Source of the DNA: Leucoraja ocellata
Taxonomy: Eukaryota
NCBI GenBank assembly: GCA_036785375.1
Contig: JAWMAR010000201.1
Span: forward strand, 310,001-374,000
Reading direction: 5' to 3'
DNA: 64,000 nt
The notes under the pieces: model-generated
The model's input: the letters and a program-made list of their open reading frames with translations, nothing else
Databases searched by the model: none
What the model was told of the DNA's origin: nothing
Shown: piece by piece, positions 63,971 through 64,000 of the stretch
How positions within the stretch are numbered: position 1 is the stretch's first letter
Layout of the letters: the number at the start of each line of letters is the position of its first letter
Made by a program: the position numbers and the translations under genes

Positions 63971-64000
63971 ATTGTTCATTGTTCATTTATTTATTGTCAT

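Overview
Repeat-rich vertebrate genomic DNA whose repeat set (CR1 LINEs, V-SINEs, Penelope termini, Rex1/Babar, DIRS) suggests a cartilaginous fish, probably a skate or ray (inference). The only host gene I can fully assemble is a minus-strand CD2/SLAM-family receptor at 21306->477. Its exons are leader, Cys-less V domain, two tandemly duplicated intact C2 exons, TM (GC donor) and two cytoplasmic exons carrying TIYAQP, an ITSM (TIYDTV) and QEYETV. It is 464 aa if both C2 exons are used and 370 aa with one. The rest is mostly nested mobile DNA: a Tx1/L1-clade element just upstream of the gene with two nested insertions, many CR1 copies, several non-autonomous DNA transposons with clear TIRs/TSDs, Penelope ends with minimal hammerhead cores, and two DIRS elements. 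One DIRS has perfect termini, a decayed core and a captured U2 snRNA 5' fragment. Scattered plus-strand exon-like islands (33.8-57.2 kb) may be a decayed DENN-domain gene; this is low confidence. TE boundaries without a stated TSD are approximate.
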